Assembly (NCBI GenBank): GCA_016872215.1
Contig: VHAX01000001.1
Location: forward strand, 54,004 to 118,003
Reading direction: 5' to 3'
Length of the DNA stretch: 64,000 bases
DNA from: Sphingomonadales bacterium
Lineage (GTDB): Bacteria > Bacteroidota > Bacteroidia > UBA7662
The notes under the pieces were generated by a model that worked only from the letters and a program-made list of their open reading frames with translations, did no database searches and was not told the DNA's origin. The stretch's first letter is position 1. Each line of letters begins with the position of its first letter. Both the position numbers and the translations under genes were made by a program. Below are positions 35,630-45,938 of the stretch, piece after piece.

Positions 35630-37960
35630 CTAAAAGTTCCAGGTTACTCCGAAGCTGGGGAGGATGGGCAGCTGATTCACCCGAGAGAATCGAACCCGAT
35701 CGAAATAGAAGATGTTACGTCGGTCGTACACATTGCTGACGCTGAAATTGAAGTCTATTTCAGAATGGTCACTCACAGCGTAGGTGTATCGAAGCGATGC
35801 ATCCAGGCGGTGATAGGAAGGCAGTCGTGCCTGGTTAAAGCCTGCATATACTACACCGAGTTCTCCATTCTGTGACAAGTAGTCGCTGTTGATTCCCCCA
35901 TTCAAACTGAGGTTAGGGTAAAACCCCTGGGTTTGGGTGAAGGGAAACCCGGACCCGTAATTCCAGCGCGTGCTCAATTCCCAGCTGCGGTCGCTGCCAA
36001 ATTTGTAGATCCCCACCAGGTTGATATTGTGTCGGCGGTCAAAAGATGGAAAATAAGTGCGTTGTCCGTCGAATCGATCCACGTAGGTCCAGGAATATGT
36101 AGCCCATACATAATATTGTCTGCGATCGTATTTAAGCCTGAAATCAAAGCCATAGGCTCGTCCCCGTTCAATAATGAAATCCTTCTTCAAAAAGTCGGGC
36201 TTTTGCTCGAATTCGCTGATGTCCTCGTAGATTTTATCGCGGTTAATGTTGGTAAGTTGATCAAAGTTCTTGATGTAGGATTCTACATTCAATTCTACAT
36301 GCTTACCCAAATCGATTTCGGTACCGACAATCGCGTGGCGGGCCTTTTGAAGCTTCGACTGCACCCGCTCCCCATCGAAAGTTTTGGGTAGATTGTCGGG
36401 CCCTGATAAGAATCCGAAGAACAAATTCACAACATCACGGTCTGAGACGGCGCTGATCAGGTTTTGGCTATACCATCCCCCGGCGAATTTGAGTCGAAGC
36501 GCGGGCGACAAGTTGTATTTGAGGCCCAATCGGGGTTCTACAGAAAACTCGCCGAGCGATGCATAATAATGACCCCGCAGTCCGGGCTCCAACACCAATT
36601 TATCGGTGAGCAGCTTGTATTTGATATAGCCAGCCAATTCAGTTGTATTCTCATTTTGGTTGAGGATGATGCCACTCGGATTGGTGAACTTGAAGCGCGT
36701 GCCAAAACCGACCAAATCGAAACCAAAGTTAAGTTCGTCGCGCTGCAGGTACTGGGCAATATTGACCGTTCCGTTGAACCCGGATATTCCGCTGTTTCTC
36801 GGACCCCTGCCCCGTTCGATTTGAAATGAATTGTAGTCGGACCAAGCGAGTGTACCGCTCACAACGCTATTAGAACCCTCGGGAATCAGCACAAAATTTC
36901 CCCCTAATCCACGTGAATCCCACCCAAAATCCGATACGTTTCGGAAATTGGCTCTGTCACTGAAATTGAACCCAAAAAGGCTAAACTTACTACCATTGGA
37001 GGATCTGAAAGTAGTTTTGGCATATAAATCGGTAAAACTGAAGGGCAAGCCATTGCTGTCGGCATAGGTATAGAGTCTTTTCGAGGATTGATCGAGCCAC
37101 GACGAACGGGCCGACACAACCAGGGTTGGTGCTGGTTTCTCAGGTGTACCGGCCTTGCCCAAAGGGCCTTCCATCAGAACACGGCCAAGGAATGGACTAG
37201 CGCCGACTTTTCCTTTCCATCGTTTTTGGTTGCCATCACGGGTGGTGATATCCATGACTGCAGATATACGTCCGCCGTGGTTGGAGTTATAACCCCCGGT
37301 ATAAACGTCAGCACTTTGAATTATATCGGTCTCAAAAACGGAAAACAGCCCAATCGAGTGGAATGGGTTATATACAATCATCCCATCAAGCATTACCTTA
37401 TTCTGAACCGGTGATCCACCCCGGATGTAGAGCTGTCCACCCTGGTCGCCCGTGAATATCACACCGGGTAGCACTTGAAGGTATTGGGCAATATCAGGCT
37501 CCCCTCCAACGCTCACGATCTGCGTGATCTGCTTGGGGGTCACCGTTTCTACGGATACCTTAACAGTTGTGCGTTGCTCTTCTTTCTCCCCCCTCACTTC
37601 CACCATCTCCAGATTGAGGCTCGATTTGCGCAGAAATAATTTCTCGTTGAGAATATCTCCCCCTTTGATACGGACAACGACACTAACGGTGTCATATCCC
37701 AGATAGGTACTCATCAGTGTATAACTACCGGGCGGAATTCGGGTGATGGTAAAAAAGCCTTTGGTATCTGTACTCGACCCGAGGGTTGTGCCTTTAAGGT
37801 ATACATTGGTAAAGAGAATGGGCTCCCCGCTGCCCTGGTCGTAGATAAACCCCCTGATTACACCGGTAGCGGATTGGGCCTCAATAAATTTTACCGGAAG
37901 AAAAAGTGTACATATCGCCGACAAAACGGCGACAGTGATAAAAGATGAGTGCAGTCGCAT
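35630..37960 (-). CDS. TonB-dependent outer-membrane receptor with an N-terminal carboxypeptidase-regulatory-like domain
   Basis: Signal peptide at the internal ATG (MRLHSSFITVAVLSAICTLFLPVKFIEAQS). CarbopepD-reg-like VIRGFIYDQGSGEPILFTNVYLKG...GYDTVSVVV. A plug region. A beta-barrel with a C-terminal ...PSFGVTWNF. No susD-like partner gene adjacent. Confidence 0.7.
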   Translation of the reverse strand: MRLHSSFITVAVLSAICTLFLPVKFIEAQSATGVIRGFIYDQGSGEPILFTNVYLKGTTLGSSTDTKGFFTITRIPPGSYTLMSTYLGYDTVSVVVRIKGGDILNEKLFLRKSSLNLEMVEVRGEKEEQRTTVKVSVETVTPKQITQIVSVGGEPDIAQYLQVLPGVIFTGDQGGQLYIRGGSPVQNKVMLDGMIVYNPFHSIGLFSVFETDIIQSADVYTGGYNSNHGGRISAVMDITTRDGNQKRWKGKVGASPFLGRVLMEGPLGKAGTPEKPAPTLVVSARSSWLDQSSKRLYTYADSNGLPFSFTDLYAKTTFRSSNGSKFSLFGFNFSDRANFRNVSDFGWDSRGLGGNFVLIPEGSNSVVSGTLAWSDYNSFQIERGRGPRNSGISGFNGTVNIAQYLQRDELNFGFDLVGFGTRFKFTNPSGIILNQNENTTELAGYIKYKLLTDKLVLEPGLRGHYYASLGEFSVEPRLGLKYNLSPALRLKFAGGWYSQNLISAVSDRDVVNLFFGFLSGPDNLPKTFDGERVQSKLQKARHAIVGTEIDLGKHVELNVESYIKNFDQLTNINRDKIYEDISEFEQKPDFLKKDFIIERGRAYGFDFRLKYDRRQYYVWATYSWTYVDRFDGQRTYFPSFDRRHNINLVGIYKFGSDRSWELSTRWNYGSGFPFTQTQGFYPNLSLNGGINSDYLSQNGELGVVYAGFNQARLPSYHRLDASLRYTYAVSDHSEIDFNFSVSNVYDRRNIFYFDRVRFSRVNQLPILPSFGVTWNF

Positions 37961-38080
37961 AAAGTGGCGAATATACGGTTTTTGCTCATCCAAACAGGCT
38001 ATTTTCTGATGAATAACCGCCAACGCTGGATTATGGGAGAGACCTACCAAAATATGTCCCCTTTGCCTGCCCTCAATACT

Positions 38081-38682
38081 TCAGGCTCTTCGCCCGTGAG
38101 GTCTACCTGCGTTGAAGGTTTGTCCCTCCGACCAACCGTGGTCGAGGAACACATCAACATCGTCGAAATACCGGAAAACTATCTCATCCGGATCACGATA
38201 GTGGTATTCGATCCCTTCAATTATATCGGAAAGTGAAGCTGAGACCAGGGGCGAACCCATGACAGCGATGAGCATGCCTGCTACCGGATGATTGGGTATT
38301 CGTAGCCCGATGTTCCTTCGCCGGTTTTGGAGTTGGCGAGGTGCCAGGCCGGATGCAGGAAGTATGAAAGTATATGGACCAGGCAGGGCCTTACGAATCA
38401 ATCGAAAATAGGTGTTTGGAATGGGAAGTGTGTTAGGCGGCGAGGTGACTGAAATCAGCACACACCAGGGAAAGAGTTGAGGCGTCGGGAAGTCCGCGTA
38501 CCTTCAGCAATCGTTCAACCGCCCCTTGCGATCGTATATCAGCGGCCAATCCATAATAAGTATCGGTTGGATAGATGACGATACCACCCGACTGAAGCAC
38601 CTCTGCGGCCCTCAGAATGTTTCTTTTATCGTATCGGGCTCTTCTGTGTAGGTGATTAATTGCTCCAAATTCTACGCATCAT
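38081..38682 (-). pseudogene. tsaC: L-threonylcarbamoyladenylate synthase (TsaC/YrdC) gene disrupted by at least one frameshift
   Basis: One frame (38678-38433) encodes ...YDKRNILRAAEVLQSGGIVIYPTDTYYGLAADIRSQGAVERLLKVRGLPDASTLSLVCADFSHLAA* (YrdC N-terminal half) with no in-frame ATG. The +1 frame (track ORF 38461-38081, GTG start) continues ...NTYFRLIRKALPGPYTFILPAS...PNHPVAGMLIAVMGSPLVSASLSDII...VDVFLDHG (YrdC C-terminal half). An ATGATG at 38682-38677 lies in a third frame. Confidence 0.6.
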
Positions 38683-39869
38683 GCTACACAGGCGCGGACC
38701 TGTTCTGCTGCCTCGTGCAACCCGGTAACCGCCTGAATGGGCAATCCTGAAGCGTCCAGCAAGGCACGGGCTTCGCTGGCATTGGTGCCCTGAAGACGCA
38801 CAATAAGGGGGATGTCCATATTTCCCAACTGCTTACAAACGTCAACGATACCCTGAGCCACACGGTCACACCGCACGATTCCCCCAAAAATATTCACCAA
38901 TATAGCCTTAACATTGGGATCCTTGCGGATGATTCTAAAGGCATTGGCCACCCGTTCGGCGCTGGCTGTGCCCCCTACATCGAGAAAATTGGCAGGCTTT
39001 CCACCCGACAGCTGAATGATATCCATGGTGGCCATAGCCAACCCTGCCCCATTTACCATACACCCTACGTTGCCATCCAGTTTCACATAATTCAGGTTAT
39101 GCTCACCGGCTTCTACTTCCGTTGGATCTTCCTCGCGAATATCGCGCAGGGCTTCCAGATCTAAGTGCCTGTATAGTGCATTTTCATCGATGCTCACCTT
39201 AGCATCAACTGCAATTATCCGGTCGTCGGATGTTTTAAACAGTGGATTAATCTCGAAAAGCGAGGCATCCGATTGTTCATATGCATTCACCAGTGCCGGT
39301 ACAAAACGCGTCATTTCCCGGAAGGCTTGTCCCTGCAAACCCAAGTTTCGTGCAATCTTGCGCGCCTGAAAAGGCATGAGCCCAACAGAAGGGTCTATCA
39401 CCTCCTTGTGGATTTTATCGGGGCGCTCGTCAGCTACCTTTTCAATGTCCATACCCCCCTCCGTTGAATAAACAATTATATTCTTGCCCAGAGAACGATC
39501 CAGCAATACGGACATATAAAACTCCTGAACGGGAGAGGTTCCTCCGTAATACACATCCTGAGCAACCAGGATTTGATAAACTTTTTTACCAAGAGGACCG
39601 GTCTGTGGGGTCACCAGCTGCATGCCCAGGATCTTGCCTGCCTTTTCTCGAACCTCTTCAAGTGACTGTGCAACTTTTACACCACCCCCCTTACCTCGTC
39701 CACCCGCATGAATTTGCGCCTTCAAGACCCAACACTTCGTGCCAGTTGATTCCTGAAGTTGTCGCGCGGCTTGAACCGCGTCATCTGCGGTATGAACGGG
39801 GATTCCCTGTTGTATGGCGACACCAAACTGGCTCAATAAGGCTTTTCCCTGGTACTCGTGAAGGTTCAT
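38679..39869 (-). CDS. sucC: Succinate--CoA ligase (ADP-forming) beta subunit
   Basis: 396 aa. [17 protein letters not shown]...[19 protein letters not shown]...[28 protein letters not shown] matches SucC closely end to end. Confidence 0.95.
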   Translation of the reverse strand: MNLHEYQGKALLSQFGVAIQQGIPVHTADDAVQAARQLQESTGTKCWVLKAQIHAGGRGKGGGVKVAQSLEEVREKAGKILGMQLVTPQTGPLGKKVYQILVAQDVYYGGTSPVQEFYMSVLLDRSLGKNIIVYSTEGGMDIEKVADERPDKIHKEVIDPSVGLMPFQARKIARNLGLQGQAFREMTRFVPALVNAYEQSDASLFEINPLFKTSDDRIIAVDAKVSIDENALYRHLDLEALRDIREEDPTEVEAGEHNLNYVKLDGNVGCMVNGAGLAMATMDIIQLSGGKPANFLDVGGTASAERVANAFRIIRKDPNVKAILVNIFGGIVRCDRVAQGIVDVCKQLGNMDIPLIVRLQGTNASEARALLDASGLPIQAVTGLHEAAEQVRACVA

Positions 39870-39939
39870 TTATATATGGCTATGATGTTAAACTTCGCTT
39901 CAAGACTGAACTAATAGTTATGGTTCGGATTCGTAAGTG

Positions 39940-41259
39940 TTAACCCCCGAAATCATCGAAGCTCACATGCTCCTCCGGGATTCCCCAGTCATCACACATC
40001 GTAATAACAGCTGCATTCATCATAGGCGGGCCACAGAAATAGAATTCAATCTCCTCCGGATCCGGATGCTTGCTGAGGTAATTGTCGATAAAGACCTTGT
40101 GCACAAATCCAATGAATCCATCGCCCTCACGGTCTTCCACATCCTTCGACACTTTCCAGTTGTCCTCGGGAAGCGGTTCCGAGAGAACAATATGAAAACG
40201 GAAATTAGGAAACTCCTTCTCAATGGCCCGGAATTCGTCGATGTAAAACAGCTCACGGCGTGAACGTCCCCCATACCAATAAGATACCTTGCGTCCCGTT
40301 TTCAGGGTATGAAAAAGGTGGAAGATGTGACTTCGAAGCGGGGCCATGCCCGCACCGCCACCGATGTAGACCATCTCCCGCTCTGTGGGTTTGATGAAAA
40401 ACTCACCGTATGGCCCGGATATGGTGACCTTATCGCCCGGCTGACGGCTAAATACGAAGGACGAACAAATACCCGGATTGACCGGCATCCACTTGTTGGC
40501 AACGCGATCCCATGGCGGAGTAGCAATTCGGATGTTGAGCATGATTATATTTCCCTCCGCCGGATGGTTGGCCATGGAATAGGCCCTGAAAATCGGCTCT
40601 GGATTCTTCATATTCAAATCCCAGAGATTAAACTTATCCCAATCTTCCTTGAATTTGTCTTGTCCGGCAGGATCTGAGGGATGTGGGGCAATATCCATTC
40701 CTTTAAAGTCTATATCAACCGCCGGAACGTCTAACTGGATGTAGCCACCCGATTCAAAGTGTAGATGCTCGCCTTCTGGCAGTTTCACCACAAACTCTTT
40801 TATATAGGTGGAAACGTTATAATTCGAAACCACCTCACATTCCCACTTTTTGATTCCAAAGACTTCCTCAGGCACTTGTATCTTCATATCCGACTTCACT
40901 TTCACCTGACAAGCCAAACGCCAGTGCTCAGCCTGTTGCTTACGTGACAGGTGGCCTTTTTCAGTTGGTAGCACATCTCCGCCTCCCTCAAGGATCTGAC
41001 ATTTGCACATGGCGCATGTTCCGCCCCCTCCACAAGCTGAAGGCAGAAACAACTTGCTGTTACTTAATGTACTGAGCAGATTCGATCCCGGACTTGCCAC
41101 GAGCGCATTAGCCTCATCACCATTTACAATGATCCGAACCTCACCCGAAGGAAGAAGCTTCTTTTGAGCAAAAAGCAGGACCACAACGAGCAATAAAATA
41201 ACAAGACTGAACGCCCCAATGCTGAGACCGACAATCGTCATAGTGTTCAGTAAAAACAT
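39940..41259 (-). CDS. nqrF: Na+-translocating NADH:quinone oxidoreductase subunit F
   Basis: N-terminal TM, 2Fe-2S ferredoxin motif [17 protein letters not shown]-binding (RAYSMAN) and NAD-binding (GGGAGMAP) blocks. The start may instead be the ATG at 41241. Confidence 0.9.
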   Translation of the reverse strand: MFLLNTMTIVGLSIGAFSLVILLLVVVLLFAQKKLLPSGEVRIIVNGDEANALVASPGSNLLSTLSNSKLFLPSACGGGGTCAMCKCQILEGGGDVLPTEKGHLSRKQQAEHWRLACQVKVKSDMKIQVPEEVFGIKKWECEVVSNYNVSTYIKEFVVKLPEGEHLHFESGGYIQLDVPAVDIDFKGMDIAPHPSDPAGQDKFKEDWDKFNLWDLNMKNPEPIFRAYSMANHPAEGNIIMLNIRIATPPWDRVANKWMPVNPGICSSFVFSRQPGDKVTISGPYGEFFIKPTEREMVYIGGGAGMAPLRSHIFHLFHTLKTGRKVSYWYGGRSRRELFYIDEFRAIEKEFPNFRFHIVLSEPLPEDNWKVSKDVEDREGDGFIGFVHKVFIDNYLSKHPDPEEIEFYFCGPPMMNAAVITMCDDWGIPEEHVSFDDFGG

Positions 41260-41268
41260 ACCCGAATA

Positions 41269-41901
41269 TTATAGTTGAATTCCCAGAAAACTCATAAACG
41301 CGAGACCCATCAAGCCCGTTAAAATAAATGTGATTCCCAAACCTCTTAATGGCTTGGGCACGTCGGAGTACCGAATTTTCATTCTAATCGCTGCCAAAGC
41401 CACAATTGCAATGAGCCATCCAACCCCGCTACCCAAACCAAAAACAGTAGCCTCTGCCAAGGTGTAATCGCGCTCTTGCATGAATAAAGACCCACCAAGG
41501 ATTGAACAATTTACTGCGATAAGGGGCAGAAAGATTCCAAGTGAACTATATAAAGCAGGCGAAAACTTTTCAACCACCATCTCCACCAATTGGGTCATAG
41601 ACGCAATTGTGGCGATAAACATAATGAAGGCCAGAAAAGTAAGGTCAACCTCAGCGAATGATGGCGAAATCCAAGCCAATGCACCTTCTTTAAGCAGACC
41701 ATTGATCAGCAACCAATTGATCGGCACAGTGATTCCCAAAACAAAAATAACCGCGGCGCCCAATCCAATGGCCGTGTTCACATTCTTAGAAACAGCCAAA
41801 AATGAACACATGCCCAGAAAAAAGGCGAAAATCATATTGTCTACGAAAATGGATCGTACAAAAAGGCTGACCAAATCAGCAAAAAGTAGTGTCGTTATCA
41901 T
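41269..41901 (-). CDS. nqrE: Na+-translocating NADH:quinone oxidoreductase subunit E
   Basis: [30 protein letters not shown]...[17 protein letters not shown]...[24 protein letters not shown] matches NqrE. Confidence 0.9.
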   Translation of the reverse strand: MITTLLFADLVSLFVRSIFVDNMIFAFFLGMCSFLAVSKNVNTAIGLGAAVIFVLGITVPINWLLINGLLKEGALAWISPSFAEVDLTFLAFIMFIATIASMTQLVEMVVEKFSPALYSSLGIFLPLIAVNCSILGGSLFMQERDYTLAEATVFGLGSGVGWLIAIVALAAIRMKIRYSDVPKPLRGLGITFILTGLMGLAFMSFLGIQL

Positions 41902-42572
41902 GCTTCCTCAGTGTATTTGTTAATCGAGCGCTGAACCCAGATGATGGTGGCCACAATAAACAGGGCCCCTGCCGGAATCATCATGAGGCCATTGTTTACA
42001 TACCCGATCTCTGGCGCATAAAGAGCCTCTGGAATTATAGAAAAGCCGAACAACTTACCCGAACCAAACAATTCACGCACAAAAGCTACGGCTAAAATCA
42101 CCCACGCATAACCCGCAGAATTACCCAAACCATCCAATATTGAGGAGCCTGGCTTGTTGCCCATTGCAAAGGCCTCCAAACGACCCATAACGATACAATT
42201 GGTAATAATCAAGCCTACAAATACTGAAAGCTGCTTACTCACATCATAAACAAACGCCTTCAAGATTTCATCGACCAAAATGACCAGTAAGGATACAACA
42301 ACCAGCTGCACAATTATGCGTATGCGGGCAGGAATATAGTTTCGCATCAGGGAAACAATCAAATTCGAAAATACAACAACGGCTGTCACGCTTATGGCCA
42401 TAACCAAGGTTGGCTTCAACTGAGTTGTTACGGCCAGCGCTGAGCAAATACCCAACACCTGGATGGTAATGGGATTGCTATCCGACAAGGGGTCGGTCAC
42501 CAACTTTCTGTCTCTCTTGGATAACAGCGGCTTCGATTCCCTGACCGGCGCCGCAGTAGTGGCGGTTGACAT
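41898..42572 (-). CDS. nqrD: Na+-translocating NADH:quinone oxidoreductase subunit D
   Basis: [31 protein letters not shown]...[26 protein letters not shown] matches NqrD. A 4-nt overlap with nqrE. Confidence 0.9.
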   Translation of the reverse strand: MSTATTAAPVRESKPLLSKRDRKLVTDPLSDSNPITIQVLGICSALAVTTQLKPTLVMAISVTAVVVFSNLIVSLMRNYIPARIRIIVQLVVVSLLVILVDEILKAFVYDVSKQLSVFVGLIITNCIVMGRLEAFAMGNKPGSSILDGLGNSAGYAWVILAVAFVRELFGSGKLFGFSIIPEALYAPEIGYVNNGLMMIPAGALFIVATIIWVQRSINKYTEEA

Positions 42573-42573
42573 A

Positions 42574-43323
42574 TTAAACTTTTTTGGATTTGTTGATGTA
42601 GGTCAAATAAAACTTTATGTCCTCCCTGAGCATATTAGAAACACCCGTTGAGGTAATGGTACCACCCGAAATAGCATCCACCTTGTGTGGATCATCGTCG
42701 GACTTGGCTTCTTTGGTTACCTGCACCGAAACAAATGATCCGGAATCATCAAAAATCTTTCGGTTCCGAAACTGCCCTTCAAAACCATCTGTATTGATCT
42801 CAGCGCCCAATCCAGGTGTTTCACCCTTGTGATCAAACACCGCTTTTTTCACCGTATTGCCATCTTCGTCCAATGCCAGGTAGCCCCATATGGGTCCCCA
42901 TAAGCCCACACCCGCCAACTGCAGAATAAAGGTTTTTTTTCCGCCTTCTTCGAAAATATACAGAGGGTATCTCAAGGTATAAGTTGAGTCTTTTGTGTGC
43001 AACTTCTTATCGTATGCGAGATTGATATCAAAAGCATCTACTCCTGTTAACTCATTACCATGCTCATCAATCACCACCGATTTGATATACGTGTTAAATT
43101 TCTTGTAATCGTCTGTGGCCGTCTTTCCTACCACACTCAGGATATTCTCCTGCTTCTCTTTTAAAAAATTCTGTTCCTGAAAAGGTTTTAGTATGGTGGC
43201 CGCGCCCGACAGCATCAGGGCCACGATAATGGTAACGGCAAACGCAAAGCCGAATACGTATGTATTGGAGTTAAGCACGGGCGAGTCTTTTTTTAATGTT
43301 TGACTGAACGACAAAATGATCAA
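42574..43323 (-). CDS. nqrC: Na+-translocating NADH:quinone oxidoreductase subunit C
   Basis: N-terminal TM, FMN-attachment motif DAISGGTITSTGV, and ...ETPGLGAEI. The track start (43323) is a TTG that overlaps nqrB by 53 nt. A GTG at 43278 (MLNSNTYVFGF, 8-nt overlap) is an alternative start. Confidence 0.85.
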   Translation of the reverse strand: MIILSFSQTLKKDSPVLNSNTYVFGFAFAVTIIVALMLSGAATILKPFQEQNFLKEKQENILSVVGKTATDDYKKFNTYIKSVVIDEHGNELTGVDAFDINLAYDKKLHTKDSTYTLRYPLYIFEEGGKKTFILQLAGVGLWGPIWGYLALDEDGNTVKKAVFDHKGETPGLGAEINTDGFEGQFRNRKIFDDSGSFVSVQVTKEAKSDDDPHKVDAISGGTITSTGVSNMLREDIKFYLTYINKSKKV

Positions 43324-44407
43324 TGAGGGGTGCCATTACATTTCCGAATAAAATGGCAAGCATAATCCCCTCAGGATATGCCGGATTAAATACACGAATC
43401 ATAACAGCCATCATCCCTATCAGGAGACCATAAATCCACTTGCCACGCTCAGTCTGAGCCGCCGTTACCGGATCGGTGGCCATAAAAACAGCACCAAACA
43501 TGAGTCCACCCATCAGATAATGATTCAAAAACGGAAGTCTCATAAAATCATTCAAGGCGATGGCATTAAAAATCAAGCCCATGATGCCTGCGCCGATCAG
43601 GACAGAGATCATGACCGAAGCGCTACCAATTCCTGTAAAAATCAGAAATGCTGCTCCAATGAGGATTGCCAGCTTACTGGTTTCACCAATAGACCCGGGA
43701 ATAAATCCCAGGAACATATCAGTCGTACAAAATCCCGGATTGCCTTTAATGGAATTGGCCAAAGCTGTTGCGCCGCTATAGGTGTCGGGCTTATCTGCGA
43801 TCCAAACCATATCGCCCGACATAAAGGTAGGATATGCGAAAAACAGAAAAACCCGGGCAGTTAATGCCACATTCAGCACATTCATTCCCGTGCCGCCGAA
43901 AACTTCCTTGGCAAATATGACCGCAAAGGCAGATGCAAGTCCCACCATCCAAAGTGGAATGTCGGGTGGCATCACCAAGGGAATTAACAGGCCAGAAACC
44001 AGATATCCTTCATTGATGCTGTGCCCTTTGCGGGAAGCGATAAAAAATTCGATTCCCAGACCTACGCCGTAGGCCACTACAACTATAGGCAATACCTTAA
44101 GGGCACCGAAAAGGAACTTTTCCAGAATTCCTTCCCCAACCGCTGTGAATTCCCCTACAGAGAGGTAATGCTGGTGGCCCACGTTGAACATTCCAAAAAT
44201 GAAAGCCGGCAACATGGCCAAGATCACAAAAAACATAGTTCGCTTCAGATCCATGCCTCCACGAATGTGGGACCCCTGGGTTGTGACTGTATCGGGTGTA
44301 AATAAAAATGTGGAAAACCCATCGAAAACGGTGTGAAAACGTCCGTATTTACCACCCTTTTGAAATTGAGGCCTCCATCCCAAAATACGATCCTTCAAAA
44401 ATTTCAT
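43271..44407 (-). CDS. nqrB: Na+-translocating NADH:quinone oxidoreductase subunit B
   Basis: MKFLKDRILGWRPQFQ...ten TM helices...NVMAPLIDHFVVQSNIKKRLARA C-terminus typical of NqrB. Confidence 0.9.
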   Translation of the reverse strand: MKFLKDRILGWRPQFQKGGKYGRFHTVFDGFSTFLFTPDTVTTQGSHIRGGMDLKRTMFFVILAMLPAFIFGMFNVGHQHYLSVGEFTAVGEGILEKFLFGALKVLPIVVVAYGVGLGIEFFIASRKGHSINEGYLVSGLLIPLVMPPDIPLWMVGLASAFAVIFAKEVFGGTGMNVLNVALTARVFLFFAYPTFMSGDMVWIADKPDTYSGATALANSIKGNPGFCTTDMFLGFIPGSIGETSKLAILIGAAFLIFTGIGSASVMISVLIGAGIMGLIFNAIALNDFMRLPFLNHYLMGGLMFGAVFMATDPVTAAQTERGKWIYGLLIGMMAVMIRVFNPAYPEGIMLAILFGNVMAPLIDHFVVQSNIKKRLARA

Positions 44408-44425
44408 ATGCAGCTTGATATAGGA

Positions 44426-45784
44426 TTATGCCATTGAATCTTCATACATGAGGTCGAGGCCCTCTCTGATAATCTTTTGAACCGGTATTTTAGAAGTACA
44501 AACGAACTCGCAGAGCGCGAAATCTTCCTCTGAAACTTCATAGATACCGAGTTGTTCCATTTCCTCGATGTCCTGATACATAATCGACTTCAGGAGATAT
44601 GTCGGATGGATGTCCATGGGGAGCACCTGCTCGTATTGACCGGTGACCACAAACGCGCGCTCTTCGCCGTGGGTATTGGTGTTTACTTTATAAACCCGGT
44701 TTTTGAGCCAACCCGAGAAAAATGAACGGGAGATGTCGGGGCGTGGATAACTGGGCAGCAACCACCCGAGGAATTCAAGGTCATTTCCCTCCGGGATGAC
44801 CGTAAGTTGATGGTCATAATAGCCAAGGTGACCATCATTATCTACTTTGGAACCAGTCAGCACATTTCCGCTGATGATCCGGATGCCCGATCTGTCTTTG
44901 AATTCCCCGGCAGTAATTGACTGTACAGAGGCACCCGCTACCGCATCCACATAGCGTGGCTCCTTAATTTCAGATCCCGTGAGGGCTATGCGTCTGCGAA
45001 GATCGCAACGACCAGTCAATGCCAATCGACCCAGCACCACCACATCGGCGGGGTGTACATACCACGCAGCCTCCCCTTTGTTGACTGGCCGAATGTGGTG
45101 CATTTGAATACCCACATTGCCGGTGGGGTGGGCCCCTTCGAAGCGATGGACTTGTACGTTTTCAGCCTTAAGCAACGCAATGGAACGGGTTTGGGTGGCA
45201 TGAACGCCTAAATGTACGGGTGCTTGGCTGATGCGCTTGAGCAGATTGAGCCCTGCTTGAAACGCTTGTTCTTGTCCATTAATCAAATAATCGACAGACG
45301 GAGCCAGGGGTGCAGAATCAAATCCTGAAACAAATATTCCCACCGGATTTTCATCAGGTAATGCCACGCAATCGAACGGGCGGCGACGAATGAGAGGCCA
45401 TAAGCCCGCTTGTTGAACAGCAAAGCGGAGCGTCTCGGCATCCATCAAGTCGACCGGCAAACGACCGAAATCCAGGTATTTTTGGTCCTTGTCGGCCAAA
45501 ATCACAATTTCCTGGAGCACCCGGCGATCGCCCCGGTGAACCGCCACCACCTCGCCCGAAACCGGGGAAGCCACAGTGATGGAAGGATATTTTTTGTCGC
45601 ACAACAAGGGTGTGCCCGCCTGAACTTCCGACCCCACTTCCACAAGCAGTTTGAATTTGGAATAGCGGAAAGCGGGTGGATTCACAGCGACCGTCTGCGC
45701 GTGTAATACCGCACAATTCCCCTGCTTGGCCTGACCCTGCAATTTGATGTCAAAGCCCTTGCGTAATTTGATGGTAGATGCCAT
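44426..45784 (-). CDS. nqrA: Na+-translocating NADH:quinone oxidoreductase subunit A
   Basis: Start at the internal ATG 45784 (MASTIKLRKGFDIKLQGQA), matching the NqrA N-terminus M..I.IKKGLD..L.G. 452 aa. Confidence 0.85.
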   Translation of the reverse strand: MASTIKLRKGFDIKLQGQAKQGNCAVLHAQTVAVNPPAFRYSKFKLLVEVGSEVQAGTPLLCDKKYPSITVASPVSGEVVAVHRGDRRVLQEIVILADKDQKYLDFGRLPVDLMDAETLRFAVQQAGLWPLIRRRPFDCVALPDENPVGIFVSGFDSAPLAPSVDYLINGQEQAFQAGLNLLKRISQAPVHLGVHATQTRSIALLKAENVQVHRFEGAHPTGNVGIQMHHIRPVNKGEAAWYVHPADVVVLGRLALTGRCDLRRRIALTGSEIKEPRYVDAVAGASVQSITAGEFKDRSGIRIISGNVLTGSKVDNDGHLGYYDHQLTVIPEGNDLEFLGWLLPSYPRPDISRSFFSGWLKNRVYKVNTNTHGEERAFVVTGQYEQVLPMDIHPTYLLKSIMYQDIEEMEQLGIYEVSEEDFALCEFVCTSKIPVQKIIREGLDLMYEDSMA

Positions 45785-45938
45785 GTTTTCAATTGACAAA
45801 AACGAACGCGCCATCAACCTGTAAGCTTGAGGGCAAACACGGGGTTTGGCGGCGCAAAAGTATAAATAGAAGCGCAAAGCACAACCTTAATTCTAAAAAT
45901 AATGTTTCATTCCGTATCATTGCCGCACGAATTCGATA

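Noticed and set aside
35630-37960. A SusC/SusD polysaccharide-utilisation locus
   Set aside because: The TonB-dependent receptor has no adjacent SusD-like lipoprotein and lacks the long SusC N-terminal extension pattern. It is treated as a generic TonB-dependent receptor.
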